A DNA stretch of 64,000 bases from an uncultured delta proteobacterium (GTDB lineage Bacteria; Myxococcota_A; Polyangia; Palsa-1104), in NCBI GenBank assembly GCA_963785725.1, contig CAWAWS010000039.1:256001-320000 (forward strand). Direction: 5' to 3'. Position numbers and translations under genes: made by a program. Shown piece after piece: positions 10,677 through 23,483 of this stretch (the first letter of the stretch is position 1; every line of letters starts with the position of its first letter). The notes beneath the pieces were generated by a model, which was given only the letters and a program-made list of their open reading frames with translations, had not been told where the DNA came from and made no database searches.

Positions 10677-13555
10677 ATGATTTCGAAGGGTGGCTTGAAC
10701 GGCCAAAAGAAGGACAAGCTCGCTGGCACGCCGAAACGGCGCAAAGGTGAGCAGAATGCGCCCGCTACCGCGCGTGGCATGACGGTCTCGCGGTATTTCA
10801 CGCGCGCCGGCGTCGATCCCTTCGATCAGGTCGACCTGGGAGCTGCGCACCGCCGCCATCACCGGCGAAGGCGGACAGGTCTTCTTCGAGCAGAAGGACG
10901 TCGAGACGCCGGCTTCGTGGTCGCAGATGGCGACGAACGTCGTCGTGCAGAAGTACTTCCGCGGCGTCGTGGGGACGGCGTCGCGTGAGCGCTCGGTCAA
11001 GCAGCTGATCGGCCGCGTCGTCGACACCATCGCCGGCTGGGGCACGAAGCAGCATTACTTCGCCACCGACGCTGACGCCGCCGCGTTCGCCGACGAGCTC
11101 AAGCACCTGCTCGTCGAGCAGAAGATGTCGTTCAACTCGCCCGTTTGGTTCAACGTCGGCGTCGAGCAGCATCCGCAGTGCTCGGCGTGCTTCATCAATA
11201 GCGTGGACGACTCGATGGAGTCGATCCTCGGCCTGGCCAAGACCGAAGGCATGCTCTTCAAGTACGGCTCGGGCACGGGCACGAACTTGTCGCCGATTCG
11301 CTCGTCGCGCGAGCTGCTCAACGGCGGCGGCACGGCCTCGGGCCCCGTCTCGTTCATGAAGGGCTTCGATGCCTTCGCCGGCGTCATCAAGTCCGGCGGC
11401 AAGACCCGTCGCGCCGCCAAGATGGTCATCCTGAACGTCGAGCATCCCGACATCGTCGACTTCATCGAACTGCAAGGTGAACGAAGAGAAGAAGGCGTGG
11501 GCGCTCATCGACGCCGGCTACGACGGCTCGTTCACGGGCGAGGCCTACGCGTCGGTCTTCTTCCAGAACTCCAACAACTCGGTGCGCGTCACCGACGAGT
11601 TCATGGACGCCGTGCGCCACGATCGCGTGTGGCACACCAAGAGCGTGACGACGGGCGCCATCGTCGAGACGCACAGCGCGCGCGACTTGTGGCGGCAGAT
11701 CGCGGAGGCGGCGTGGCAGTGCGGCGATCCGGGCATGCAGTTCGACACGACGTTCAATGACTGGCACACGTCGAAGAACACGGCGCGCATCAACGCGTCG
11801 AACCCCTGCTCCGAGTACATGTATCCTCGACGACAGCGCCTGCAACTTGGCGTCGTTGAACCTGCGCAAGTTCCAGACTCGAGAACGGCGATGCTCGACG
11901 TCGAGGCGTTCAAGCGCGCCGTCGAGATCACGATCCTGGCGCAGGAGATCCTCGTCGACAACGCGAAGTATCCGACGGAGCAGATCGAGGCCAACTCGCA
12001 CGCGTTCCGGCCGCTCGGCCTCGGCTATGCGAACTTGGGCGCGCTGCTGATGTCGCTCGGCCTGCCGTACGACTCGGATCCGGGTCGCGCGTACGCGGGC
12101 GCCGTCACGTCGCTGATGTGCGGGCACGCGTATGCGACGTCGGCGAAGATCGCGCGCGACGTGACCGGGCCGTTCGAGGGTTATCCGGTCAATCGCGAGC
12201 CGTTCTTGACGGTCATGGAGAAGCATCGTCGTCACGTCGACAAGATCGACGGCGCGCTCGTGCCTTACGATCTCATGACGGCGGCGCGCGACTCGTGGGA
12301 CGAGACGCTCGAAGTCGGTCGCGAGTACGGCTTCCGCAACGGTCAGGTCACGGTGCTCGCGCCGACGGGCACCATCGGCTTCATGATGGACTGCGACACC
12401 ACCGGCATCGAGCCCGACATCGCGCTCGTCAAGTACAAGCGCCTCGTCGGTGGCGGCATGCTCAAGATCGTCAACAAGACGGTGCCGGAAGCGCTGACGC
12501 GGCTCGGCTACGCCGACGATGAAGTGAAGAAGATCGTCGACTACATCAACGAGCAGGACACGATCGAAGGCGCGCCCGGCTTGAAGGACGAGCATCTGGC
12601 CGTGTTCGATTGCGCGTTCCGTCCGCAAGACGGCGAGCGCTCGATCCATTACATGGGTCACATCAAGATGATGGCGGCGGCGCAGCCGTTCCTCTCGGGC
12701 GCGATCTCGAAGACGGTGAACCTGCCGAACGACTGCACCGTCGAGGATATCGAAGGCGCGTACCTCGAGTCGTGGCGGCTCGGCCTGAAGGCGGTCGCGG
12801 TCTATCGCGACGGTTGCAAGCGCTCGCAGCCGATGTCGACGTCGAAGAAGCAGAACAAAGACGGCACGCTCGGCGGCTCGCAGGCGGCCGCGGCCAGCGT
12901 GTTCGACGCGTTCGCGGGGCTGACGCCGGAAGAGCTGGTCGTCAAAGTGGCGGCGCAGGCGAATCCGAAGGGCGCGCCGGTCGCCGTGCGGCGCAAGCTG
13001 CCCGACGAGCGCCAGTCGCTGACGCACAAGTTCTCGATCGCCGATCACGACGGCTACATCACCGTCGGGCTCTACGAGAACGGCATGCCGGGTGAGATCT
13101 TCATCCGCATGGCCAAGGAGGGCTCGACGATCTCGGGCCTGATGGACAGCTTCGCGACGGCGATCTCGTTGGCGCTGCAGCATGGCGTGCCGTTGAAGTT
13201 GCTCGTCGACAAGTTCTCGCACACGCGCTTCGAGCCCTCGGGTTGGACGGGAAATCCCGACATTTCTCGCGCCTCTTCGATCATGGACTACATCTTCCGC
13301 TGGCTCGGGCGGAAGTTCATGGCGACGCCGCCGTCGGAGCAGCTGACGCTGCCCGTCGACGAGGTCAAGCCTGTCGTGCAAGTGGCGGCGACGTCGACGC
13401 TGGTGGTCGAGGCGAAGACGACGGTGGTGAATCTGCAGGGCACGTGGGCGCAGGAATCGGACGCGCCGCCGTGCCACGAGTGCGGGACGATCATGGTTCG
13501 CTCGGGCGCTTGCTACAAGTGCTTGAACTGCGCAGCGACGAGCGGTTGCTCGTAA
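10677..13555 (+). CDS. nrdJ: Class II (B12-dependent) ribonucleotide reductase, interrupted by 4-5 single-base frameshifts (probable sequencing errors)
   Basis: FNSPVWFN, QCSACFI, GGKTRRAAKM, NPCSE, SACNLASLNL, RPLGLGYANLG, APTGTI, YRDGCK and C-terminal Zn ribbon, split across frames. Confidence 0.92.
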
Positions 13556-13600
13556 GGGTTCGTATGTGAAGGATGCGCTCGCCCGCGCGATCTAGCGAGA

Positions 13601-13984
13601 TTGGCGGGCGAGCGCGTGTCCACATTCGATAGGGGGTCGACGGTGCAGGATCTGGAGATTCAGCGTCTGTTGGTCGACAGCGGATTCCAGTTGGTGAAGG
13701 CGCCGCTGTCGGCGCGCTGGGTGGCGGCTGGGCGGCTCGAGAACGGCGCGGCGACGCGGGTGACGTGCGCGATGGGTGCGCGCGGCGGCTGGGTGCTGCT
13801 CGTGCCGTCGGAGGGTGAGCGCAAGCAGCTCACGGCGCAGCTGTCGCGCTGTGGCCTGGGCGCGGTCGATGTGCGCGCCGAGCGGATGGAGCCGCGCATG
13901 CCGTGGCTGGCCGTCGGTGTCGGCGTCGGCGCGCTCACCCTGTTCGGCTGGGTGCTGACAAGTATTCCGACGCTGATGCCCTGA
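13601..13984 (+). CDS. Small hypothetical protein with C-terminal TM helix
   Basis: 127 aa ORF with hydrophobic C-terminus; start uncertain. Confidence 0.5.
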   Translation: MAGERVSTFDRGSTVQDLEIQRLLVDSGFQLVKAPLSARWVAAGRLENGAATRVTCAMGARGGWVLLVPSEGERKQLTAQLSRCGLGAVDVRAERMEPRMPWLAVGVGVGALTLFGWVLTSIPTLMP

Positions 13985-14029
13985 ATTCCCAGCGACGCCG
14001 GCGCAATCATTGCCGCGATCGCCGGGAAG

Positions 14030-14303
14030 ACGACGCGAAGGGACCTAAGCGGCGTGCGGGAAAACGACGTGAACGGGGTCGGGCGCTAGGCCGAGCGAGC
14101 ACCGCAGCGGAGCGCACGCTTTGGTGCGTGAGCAGAGGAGCGCAGCGAGAACGACGCGAAGGGACCTAAGCAGCGTGCGGGAAAACGGCGTGAACGGGGT
14201 CGGGCGCTAGGCCGAGCGAGCACCGCAGCGGAGCGCACGCTTTGGTGCGTGAGCAGCGGAGCGCAGCGAGAACGACGCGAACGGCCCCGTTCACGCCGTT
14301 TTC
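14030..14303. repeat. Two tandem copies of a 121-bp REP-like element plus terminal inverted repeat
   Basis: GGGACCTAAGC at 14040 and 14161; GAAAACGGCGTGAACGGGG pairs with CCCCGTTCACGCCGTTTTC near 14285-14303. Confidence 0.85.
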
Positions 14304-15060
14304 AGTTGAAGATGCGGGTTTTGGCGGGCGGGCCAGCCGGCTCGCCGCCGAGCGAGACGATCTCGCGCCGCAGCTCGTCGGACGGCGCCAGGATTTCGAG
14401 GCGCTCCAGCGTCAACCGCATGCGCTCGCGATCGCCGCGCGCCGCCCAAATACCGCGCAAGTTGCTGAGCGTGCGCACCAAAATGAGGCGCTTGTCGGCG
14501 GGCTCGAGCAGCCGCGGATCGGGGTCGCTCGGCTCGCCGGCGACGCGGCCATGCAGCTGCCGCAAGTCCTCGCGATCGAGGATGCGGCCGTCGAACGGAT
14601 CGACGAACATCGGGCCGCGCGGCCCGGGCGAACGCACGAGAAAATGGCCGGGAAACGACACGCCGTAGGATTCGACGCCGGCGCGATTGAGGATCTCGAG
14701 CAAGACCACGGCGAGCGTGATGGGAATGCCGGTCTTGCGCTCGAGGACGTCGTTGAGCCAGCTGTTCTTGGGATCGTAATAATCGACGGCGTTGCCGTGA
14801 AAACCGAGCTCGCGATAGACGTACGACAGGACACGCGTCAGTCGCGCCGGCGCTTGCGCGCGCAAATCGCCGGGTTTGGCGACGTCTTCGAGCCGGCGAC
14901 GCGCGCCTTCGCCGAGCTCGTCGAGCAGGTCGACATAGCGCGCCACGTCGAGGCCGGGATATTCGTCCTCGGCGATGAGCAGCGACGCCTGCGCCAGATC
15001 GAGCTCGTCGTCGGGACGGGCGGCGACATGCGCAAACAACGTGAGCTCGGCGCGGGCCAT
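14302..15060 (-). CDS. SirB1-family transglutaminase-like protein
   Basis: GFHGN..DYYDPKNSWLNDVLERKTGIPITL, FPGHFLV, VDPFDG motifs. Confidence 0.9.
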   Translation of the reverse strand: MARAELTLFAHVAARPDDELDLAQASLLIAEDEYPGLDVARYVDLLDELGEGARRRLEDVAKPGDLRAQAPARLTRVLSYVYRELGFHGNAVDYYDPKNSWLNDVLERKTGIPITLAVVLLEILNRAGVESYGVSFPGHFLVRSPGPRGPMFVDPFDGRILDREDLRQLHGRVAGEPSDPDPRLLEPADKRLILVRTLSNLRGIWAARGDRERMRLTLERLEILAPSDELRREIVSLGGEPAGPPAKTRIFN

Positions 15061-15079
15061 TGGCTATAACCTATACCTC

Positions 15080-15458
15080 ATGCCCGGCCGCGATCCCACG
15101 CATTGGCTGCATCGATTCGACGCCGACGAGTGGCTGCGCGCGGCCGCCAACGAGCTCGATCGCGCCCGCACGGCGCTCGTCGGCAAGCAGCAGCGCGCCG
15201 GCGTGACCGGCTGCCGGCGGGCGGCAGGCATGGCCTGGAACGCCGTGCTCGTCGGTGGCGAAGACGAGCGGTATGGCCGCAGCTACATGGATCATTTGCA
15301 CGCGCTGGCCAAGGACGCCGCGCTCGCCGAAGCCACGCGCGCCGCCGCCGACGCGCTCGTGCACGCGCCGCTCGCGACCAACGTCATTCCGCTCGGCAAA
15401 GGCGACGCGCGGCTCGCCGATTGCGCCGCCGTCATCGTCGCCGCGGCGCGCGAACGCG

Positions 15459-15481
<23 letters not shown>
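15080..15481 (+). CDS. Hypothetical protein
   Basis: 133 aa ORF with typical GC-rich codon usage (MPGRDPTHWLHRF...). Confidence 0.65.
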
Positions 15482-17576
<2,095 letters not shown>

Positions 17577-17591
17577 GCGGCTGATACCTGC

Positions 17592-17924
17592 CTAATACCG
17601 GGGTAAGGACGGGTCGATCTCGATCGCCCAGCGGTCGATGCCGCCGGCGAGCGAGGCGACGCGCGCGTGTCCGAGCTGTTGCAACATCGCGGCGCCGTTG
17701 AGCGAGCGAATGCCGTGGTGACAGTAGGTGACGATCAGCGCGTCTTTGGGCGGGCTGAGCTCGTCGGCCAAATCCTCGAGCTGCCCAAGCTCGGAGAGCG
17801 GAAGCAGCACGGCGCCGGGTAAATGCACGAGGTCGTGCTCCCAAGGCTGACGCACATCGACGAGGCAAATCGGCTCGCCGCGCGCCATCATCTCGTGCAA
17901 TTGTCTAGGGCCAAGCTGTTCCAT
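17592..17924 (-). CDS. Rhodanese-like domain protein
   Basis: LVDVRQPWE, YCHHGIRS, LAGGIDRW..IDPSLPRY. Confidence 0.9.
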   Translation of the reverse strand: MEQLGPRQLHEMMARGEPICLVDVRQPWEHDLVHLPGAVLLPLSELGQLEDLADELSPPKDALIVTYCHHGIRSLNGAAMLQQLGHARVASLAGGIDRWAIEIDPSLPRY

Positions 17925-17961
17925 CGATTCATCATCGTTCCTGGTCGGCAGGAGGATTAGC

Positions 17962-18987
17962 ATGGAATACCGCAATCTGGGGCAAAGCGGCGTCAAGGTC
18001 TCGACGCTGTGTCTGGGCGCCATGACGTTCGGCGAGCCCACCGCCGGCTCGATGATGCACAACATCGCCGCCGACGAGGCGACTTCGCACGCCATGATCG
18101 AGCGCGCGCTCGCCTGCGGCATCAACTTCATCGACACCGCCGACGTCTACGGCAACGACGGCCTCTCCGAGCGCGTGATCGGCGATTGGCTCACCAAATC
18201 CAAGCGCCGCGACGAGGTCGTGCTGGCGACGAAGTTCCGCTTCACGATGGGCAAAGGGCCGAACGCATCGGGCGCGTCGCGCTATCGCATCGTGCGCACC
18301 GTCGAGGAATCGCTCAAGCGCCTCAAGACCGATCGCATCGACCTCTATCAGATCCACATGCAGGATCTCGACACGCCGGAAGAGGAGACGCTGCGCGCGC
18401 TCGACGATTTGGTGCGCGCGGGCAAGGTGCTCTATCTCGGCTGCAGCAACTACGCGGCCTATCGGCTGACCGACAGCCTGTGGCTGTCGAAGTCGTTGGG
18501 GCTCGAGAAGTTCGTGGCGTTGCAGGCGCAATATTCGCTGGTCGTGCGCGAGCTCGAGCGCGAGCACGTGCCGCTGTGCCAGAAGTTCGGCCTCGGGATC
18601 TTGCCGTGGTCGCCGCTGGCGTCGGGTTTTCTCAGCGGTAAATACAAGAAGGAATCGGGTCCGCAAGCGGGCACGCGCCTGGCCAAGATGGGCGAGTGGT
18701 ACAAAGGGCTCGATACGCCGCGCAACTGGAAGACGCTCGAGGTGGCCGAGGCGATCGCGCGCGAGCTGTCGTCGACGGTGTCGGCGGTGGCGCTGCGCTG
18801 GCTGATCCAGAAGCCGGCCGTGACCTCGGTCATCTTGGGTGTGCGGACGGTCGCGCAGCTCGACGACAACCTGAAGGCGGCGGAGCTGAAATTGCCGCCG
18901 GAAGCGATGCAGCGGCTCGACGAAGCCAGCGCCTTCGAGCTCGGCTATCCCTATCAGTTCATGAAGCAAATCGCCGGTCGCTGGTAG
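17962..18987 (+). CDS. Aldo/keto reductase
   Basis: LCLGAMTFG, DTADVYG, SLKRLKTDRIDLYQIH, WSPLASG. Confidence 0.95.
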   Translation: MEYRNLGQSGVKVSTLCLGAMTFGEPTAGSMMHNIAADEATSHAMIERALACGINFIDTADVYGNDGLSERVIGDWLTKSKRRDEVVLATKFRFTMGKGPNASGASRYRIVRTVEESLKRLKTDRIDLYQIHMQDLDTPEEETLRALDDLVRAGKVLYLGCSNYAAYRLTDSLWLSKSLGLEKFVALQAQYSLVVRELEREHVPLCQKFGLGILPWSPLASGFLSGKYKKESGPQAGTRLAKMGEWYKGLDTPRNWKTLEVAEAIARELSSTVSAVALRWLIQKPAVTSVILGVRTVAQLDDNLKAAELKLPPEAMQRLDEASAFELGYPYQFMKQIAGRW

Positions 18988-19059
18988 CTTTCGCAGCGCC
19001 AAATTCGGCATTTCCACGGCAGGTAGATCGTTTTCGCAGCGCCCGGCGTATGACGTAAG

Positions 19060-20388
19060 GTGCTGGCGCTCAGGCTGATCGTCGAGTGGGATGGGGTGGT
19101 CGTCGAAGACCGGCTGTTTCGCCGCAGGCCGCTGGTGCTCGTCGGCAGTGGGCCGGCGGCGACCGTGGCCGCGCCGGCGTCCGACGACGGCGGCGACGGT
19201 CGTTATGCGGCGTTCATCCGGCGCGGCGACGGCTGGGAGCTGCGGCTGCCGGCGCGCGTCGTGCGCTCGCTGGCGATTCCGGGCCAGCCCGACAGCGACG
19301 GCGCGGTCGGGCAGCGGCGCGTCTTGACGCTGACCGGCGTGGAAGCAGCGCGCTGCGGATCGCTCGTGTTCGACGGCGCGGTCGTGTCGTTCGAGCTGGT
19401 GCCGCTGCAGCGCACGCGACGGGACGCCGCCTTGTGGGGCTGGACGATGACGGCGCTCTTGTTGGCGCTGTTCTCGGGCGCGAGCTATCAGCTCGTGCGC
19501 GCCTATCGGCAAGAGCGGTCGCGCAACGACGATGCCGTGCGGCTGTCGGCGGTCACCGCGGGTCAGCTGCGGGTTCGCTGGACGGCGACGGGCCAGGGCG
19601 CGTCGCGGCCGCAAGCGGGGCGCGGTCGCGAGCTGCGCGCGCAGGCGAAGGAGCAGCCGAGCCCGCCGAAGCCGTCGCCGCCGTCGGCCCAACGGTCGGG
19701 ATTGCTCGGCCGTTCGAAGCCGCGAGCGAAGACGCCGACGCGCACGGAGCGCATCGCCACCGCGCAAGCGGCGCTCTTGAACGCCGATCTGCGGACGGCG
19801 GTCGACCAGCTGTCGCGCGCGTCGCGTGAGGCGCCGCTCGAATACGAGCAGCTCAACTGGCTCGGCCTCGCGCACTACATGCAAGGGCAGTACGACGACG
19901 CCGAGCGCGCCTGGGTCGATGCGCGGCGGCGCGAGCCCGAGCGCACCGACGCCGTCAACAACCTGGCCAACATCGCCAAGCGGCGCGGCGATCGCGTCGA
20001 GGAGCGCGCGCTCATCGACAGCGTGCTGGCGCGCGACGACCGCGACTGCCACGCGCTCAACGGCTTGGCGCTCCTGCAAGCCAAAGAGGGTGACGCGGCG
20101 ACGGCGGCGGAGACGTTGGCGCGCAGCGACGCGGCTTGCGGCGGCAACTACGCGTACACTGCCATTCAACGCGCGGCGTTGGCGGCGCTGGCCGGCGATC
20201 GCGAGACCGCCTTTTCCGCGCTGGAAACGGGGTTGGCGCAAGTGGACACGCTGGTGCCGATCAAAGAGTTCGAGGTGTGGATGGACTTGACGCGCGATCC
20301 GGCGTTCGCCTCCTTGCGCGGCGACGCGCGCTTCGTGCAGCTGACGACGCGCTATCTGCCGCGCGCCACCAACAAGCAGGGCAGCTGA
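19060..20388 (+). CDS. Membrane-anchored TPR protein
   Basis: TM helix then TPR repeats (LNWLGLAHY, AVNNLANI, ALNGLALL). Confidence 0.75.
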   Translation: MLALRLIVEWDGVVVEDRLFRRRPLVLVGSGPAATVAAPASDDGGDGRYAAFIRRGDGWELRLPARVVRSLAIPGQPDSDGAVGQRRVLTLTGVEAARCGSLVFDGAVVSFELVPLQRTRRDAALWGWTMTALLLALFSGASYQLVRAYRQERSRNDDAVRLSAVTAGQLRVRWTATGQGASRPQAGRGRELRAQAKEQPSPPKPSPPSAQRSGLLGRSKPRAKTPTRTERIATAQAALLNADLRTAVDQLSRASREAPLEYEQLNWLGLAHYMQGQYDDAERAWVDARRREPERTDAVNNLANIAKRRGDRVEERALIDSVLARDDRDCHALNGLALLQAKEGDAATAAETLARSDAACGGNYAYTAIQRAALAALAGDRETAFSALETGLAQVDTLVPIKEFEVWMDLTRDPAFASLRGDARFVQLTTRYLPRATNKQGS

Positions 20389-20990
20389 TGGACGGCATCG
20401 AATCCAGCAATCGGCTCTTCGGTTATGCGGCGCTTCTGACCTCGTGGCTCTACGACCAAGTGGGCAGCGTGCTGTGGCCGCTGTCGATCGCCGGCATTGT
20501 CGCGGCGATCCTCGGCTTCGTCTGGCGGGCGCGCGCTCGGCGGCAGCTCGATGAGCTCGACCGTATCGGCGCCGCGCGGCGCCGCGTGCGCGACGTCGCC
20601 CCCGGGCTCGCCTGCGTCAACGGCCGTTGGCGCGCGCTCGACGATCGCCGCGGCCTCGTCGAGGACGACAGCGGCGCCGCGCTCGTCGTGTTCGCGCCCG
20701 GGCACGCCGGCGTCGCGCCCGTCGACGGCGCGGACGTCGTCGTCGTCGGGCTCGGCGGCGGGCTCGTCGACGATCCACGCGGCGCCGGCTATCGCGGCGA
20801 CACGCGGCTGCCGCAGCTGGCGGTCGTCGATGCCGGCCACTTCGTGCGGCCGGCGGCGCGCGGCTCCGACCCGATCGCGCGCGCCATCGTCATCGCGCGG
20901 CGGACGGCGCTGTTGGCCGGCGCCGCGTTCGCCGTCGGGCTCGGCCTGGCCGCGACGTCGATCGTCATCGCTTTGCGCGCCCTGTCCTGA
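20388..20990 (+). CDS. Hypothetical membrane protein
   Basis: ATG overlaps upstream stop (TGATG); N- and C-terminal TM segments. Confidence 0.65.
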   Translation: MDGIESSNRLFGYAALLTSWLYDQVGSVLWPLSIAGIVAAILGFVWRARARRQLDELDRIGAARRRVRDVAPGLACVNGRWRALDDRRGLVEDDSGAALVVFAPGHAGVAPVDGADVVVVGLGGGLVDDPRGAGYRGDTRLPQLAVVDAGHFVRPAARGSDPIARAIVIARRTALLAGAAFAVGLGLAATSIVIALRALS

Positions 20991-21031
20991 AATCGCCGCA
21001 GCGCCGCCCGCTTCGACTATATTCGCGCGCC

Positions 21032-22039
21032 ATGGAGCTGCTCGAGGAGCTGGCGTGGCTGCGCTTTTACCTGCCGCGGCAGGCGGTGCAGCGGCTGGCG
21101 CGCGCGCTGCCGCTGGCCGCCGTGCGCGATCGGCTGCCGCGCGTCGTCGCCGAGCGGCTGCGCTTCGGGCTCTATCCGGCGCGCATTACCGACGCGGCCG
21201 AGGTCGTGTGCGCGCGCGAGCACGCGGCCTGGGGCGTGCCGGCGACGCTCGATCCGGCGCGGCCGATCGCGTTCACGACGCCGCCGCGCGTGTCGATCCT
21301 CGTCGTCACCTATGGAAACCTGGCGCTGACGCGGCTGTGCTTGGCGTCGCTGCAACGCTGCGCGGGCGCGCTGCCGTTCGAGGTCATCGTCGTCGACAAC
21401 GACTCGCCCGATGACAGCGCGACCTGGCTGCGCGAGGCCGAAGCGTCGCGGTTGCTGCCGCTGACCGTCGAGCTCAACCGCGACAATCGCGGCTTCGCGG
21501 CGGCGAACAACCAAGCGGCGCAGCACGCCAAAGGCGATATTCTCGTCTTTCTCAACAACGACTGCGTCGTGACGCCGGGCTGGCTCGAGCGGCTGGTGGC
21601 GCATCTCGACGCCGACGCGCGCATCGGGCTCATCGGGCCGGTCACGAACTCGGGCGGCAACGGCGAGGCGCAATTGGGTACGCATTACGCCGATCTCGAC
21701 GGCATGCGCGCCTTTGCCGGCGACTACACGCGCCAGCACGACGGCCAGGTCGACGACGTGCCGATGCTGGCGCTGTTCTGCGCGGCGGCGCGGCGCGATC
21801 GTTTCCTCGAGGTGGGCGCGCTCGACGAACGCTACGGCCTCGGCCTCTTCGAAGACGACGACTTGGCGATGGCCATGCTGCGCCGCGGCCTGCGCGTCTG
21901 CTTGGCGCGCGACGTCTTCGTGCACCACTATGGCGGCGCGGCGTTTGGCAAGCTGCCGGGCGCGCGCTATCTGCGGCTGTGGTGGACCAACCGTCGCCAG
22001 TTCGAGGCCAAGTGGCACACGCGCTGGATCCCGCGCTGA
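21032..22039 (+). CDS. Glycosyltransferase family 2
   Basis: VSILVVTY, IVVDNDS, NRGFAAANNQ, FLNND, FEDDDL. Confidence 0.92.
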   Translation: MELLEELAWLRFYLPRQAVQRLARALPLAAVRDRLPRVVAERLRFGLYPARITDAAEVVCAREHAAWGVPATLDPARPIAFTTPPRVSILVVTYGNLALTRLCLASLQRCAGALPFEVIVVDNDSPDDSATWLREAEASRLLPLTVELNRDNRGFAAANNQAAQHAKGDILVFLNNDCVVTPGWLERLVAHLDADARIGLIGPVTNSGGNGEAQLGTHYADLDGMRAFAGDYTRQHDGQVDDVPMLALFCAAARRDRFLEVGALDERYGLGLFEDDDLAMAMLRRGLRVCLARDVFVHHYGGAAFGKLPGARYLRLWWTNRRQFEAKWHTRWIPR

Positions 22040-22043
22040 ACGA

Positions 22044-23483
22044 CTACGTCTGGCGCAGCTTGGCGACGGTGTTGGTCGTCGAGTGGCCGGCGACGGTCGG
22101 GACGATGCGCACTTCGCCGCCCCAGCTTTGCACTTCGCGCGCGCCGACGATGTTCTCGACCGTGTAGTCGCCGCCTTTGACGAGCACGTCCGGTCGACAG
22201 GCCAAGATCGCTTCCAGCGGCGTGTCCTCCGCGAACAGCGTCACCGAGCCGACCGACTCGAGGCCGGTCAAGAGCAGCGCGCGCTCGCGCTCGCCGATGA
22301 TCGGACGATCCGGTCCTTTGTGCAGCCGCCGCACCGACTCGTCGGTATTCACGGCCACGACCAGGTGATCGCCCATCGCCCGCGCCGCCTGCAGCAGCTT
22401 CAAGTGGCCGACGTGCAGCAGATCGAAGACGCCGTTGGTGAAGACGAGGCGCTGGCCGAGCACGTCGGCCGTCTTGCGCAGCTCGCTGAGTCCGCGGCGC
22501 TCGACGATCTTCAGGCTGAAGTCTTCGTGACCGAGCGCGGCGAATAATTCCTCGGCCCACACCGGCGCGGCGCCGACTTTGCCGACGGCGATGCCGCCGG
22601 CGACGTTGGCGACGTGCAGCGCGTCGGCCCAGTCGAGCCCGGCCGCGCGCGCGAGCACGAGCGCGGCGATGGCGCTGTCGCCGGCGCCGGTGACGTCGAA
22701 CGTCTGCCGCGCGCGCGCCGGACGGTGCACGATGCTGCCGTCGGCGAGCCGCGCCGTCATGCCGCGGGCGCCGCGCGTGACGATGATGTTGGCGCCGGTG
22801 ACGATCTCGCTGAGCCGGGTCGCCGCCGCGCGCAAGCTCAGCTCGTCGACGATCTCGACGCCGCTGGCCAGCTGCGCCTCGCGCTCGTTGGGCGTGATGG
22901 CCGCGGCGCCGACATAGCGACGATAATCGCGCCCTTTGGGGTCGACGAAGATGGGCGCCGACGTCGCCGCCGTCAGCAGCGCCATCAGCTCGGGCGAGAC
23001 GACGCCTTTGTCGTAGTCGGACACCAGCACGACGTCGGGCGACGGCAGCTCGGCGCGCAAGCCGTCGACGATCTGCCGTCGCTGCGCGTCGTTCAAGGGC
23101 GCGCGCTCCTCCTCGTCGATGCGCAAGAGCTGCTGGGCGCCGGCGAGCGCGCGCAGCTTGGTCGTCGTCGGACCGGCGCCGCGAACGAGACCGCCGGTGC
23201 CGACTTCGCGCTCGCGCGCCAGCTGCACGAGGCGCGCGCCGGCTTCGTCGTCGCCGATGAGCCCGCCGAGCGCGACGGTGGCGCCGAGCGTGCGCGCGTT
23301 GAGCGCGACGTTGGCCGCGCCGCCCGCGCGCTCCATGCGCTGCTTGACCAGCAGCACCGGCACCGGCGCCTCCGGCGACACGCGATCGACGGCGCCCGCG
23401 ACATAGCGGTCGAGCATGACGTCGCCGATGACCCACAAGCGCGGCGTGCGCTCGGACCAACGTTGCCGCAGTTGGTCGAGCAT
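22044..23483 (-). CDS. hldE: Bifunctional heptose-7-phosphate kinase / heptose-1-phosphate adenylyltransferase
   Basis: GDVMLDRY, SPEAPVPV, GGAANVA, DVTGAGD, FTNGVFDLLHVGH, LVKGGDY. Confidence 0.95.
   Translation of the reverse strand: MLDQLRQRWSERTPRLWVIGDVMLDRYVAGAVDRVSPEAPVPVLLVKQRMERAGGAANVALNARTLGATVALGGLIGDDEAGARLVQLAREREVGTGGLVRGAGPTTTKLRALAGAQQLLRIDEEERAPLNDAQRRQIVDGLRAELPSPDVVLVSDYDKGVVSPELMALLTAATSAPIFVDPKGRDYRRYVGAAAITPNEREAQLASGVEIVDELSLRAAATRLSEIVTGANIIVTRGARGMTARLADGSIVHRPARARQTFDVTGAGDSAIAALVLARAAGLDWADALHVANVAGGIAVGKVGAAPVWAEELFAALGHEDFSLKIVERRGLSELRKTADVLGQRLVFTNGVFDLLHVGHLKLLQAARAMGDHLVVAVNTDESVRRLHKGPDRPIIGERERALLLTGLESVGSVTLFAEDTPLEAILACRPDVLVKGGDYTVENIVGAREVQSWGGEVRIVPTVAGHSTTNTVAKLRQT

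Noticed and set aside
10830..11895. Programmed frameshifting, intein or intron in nrdJ
   Set aside because: No slippery heptamers or inserted element; several scattered 1-nt indels fit sequencing error
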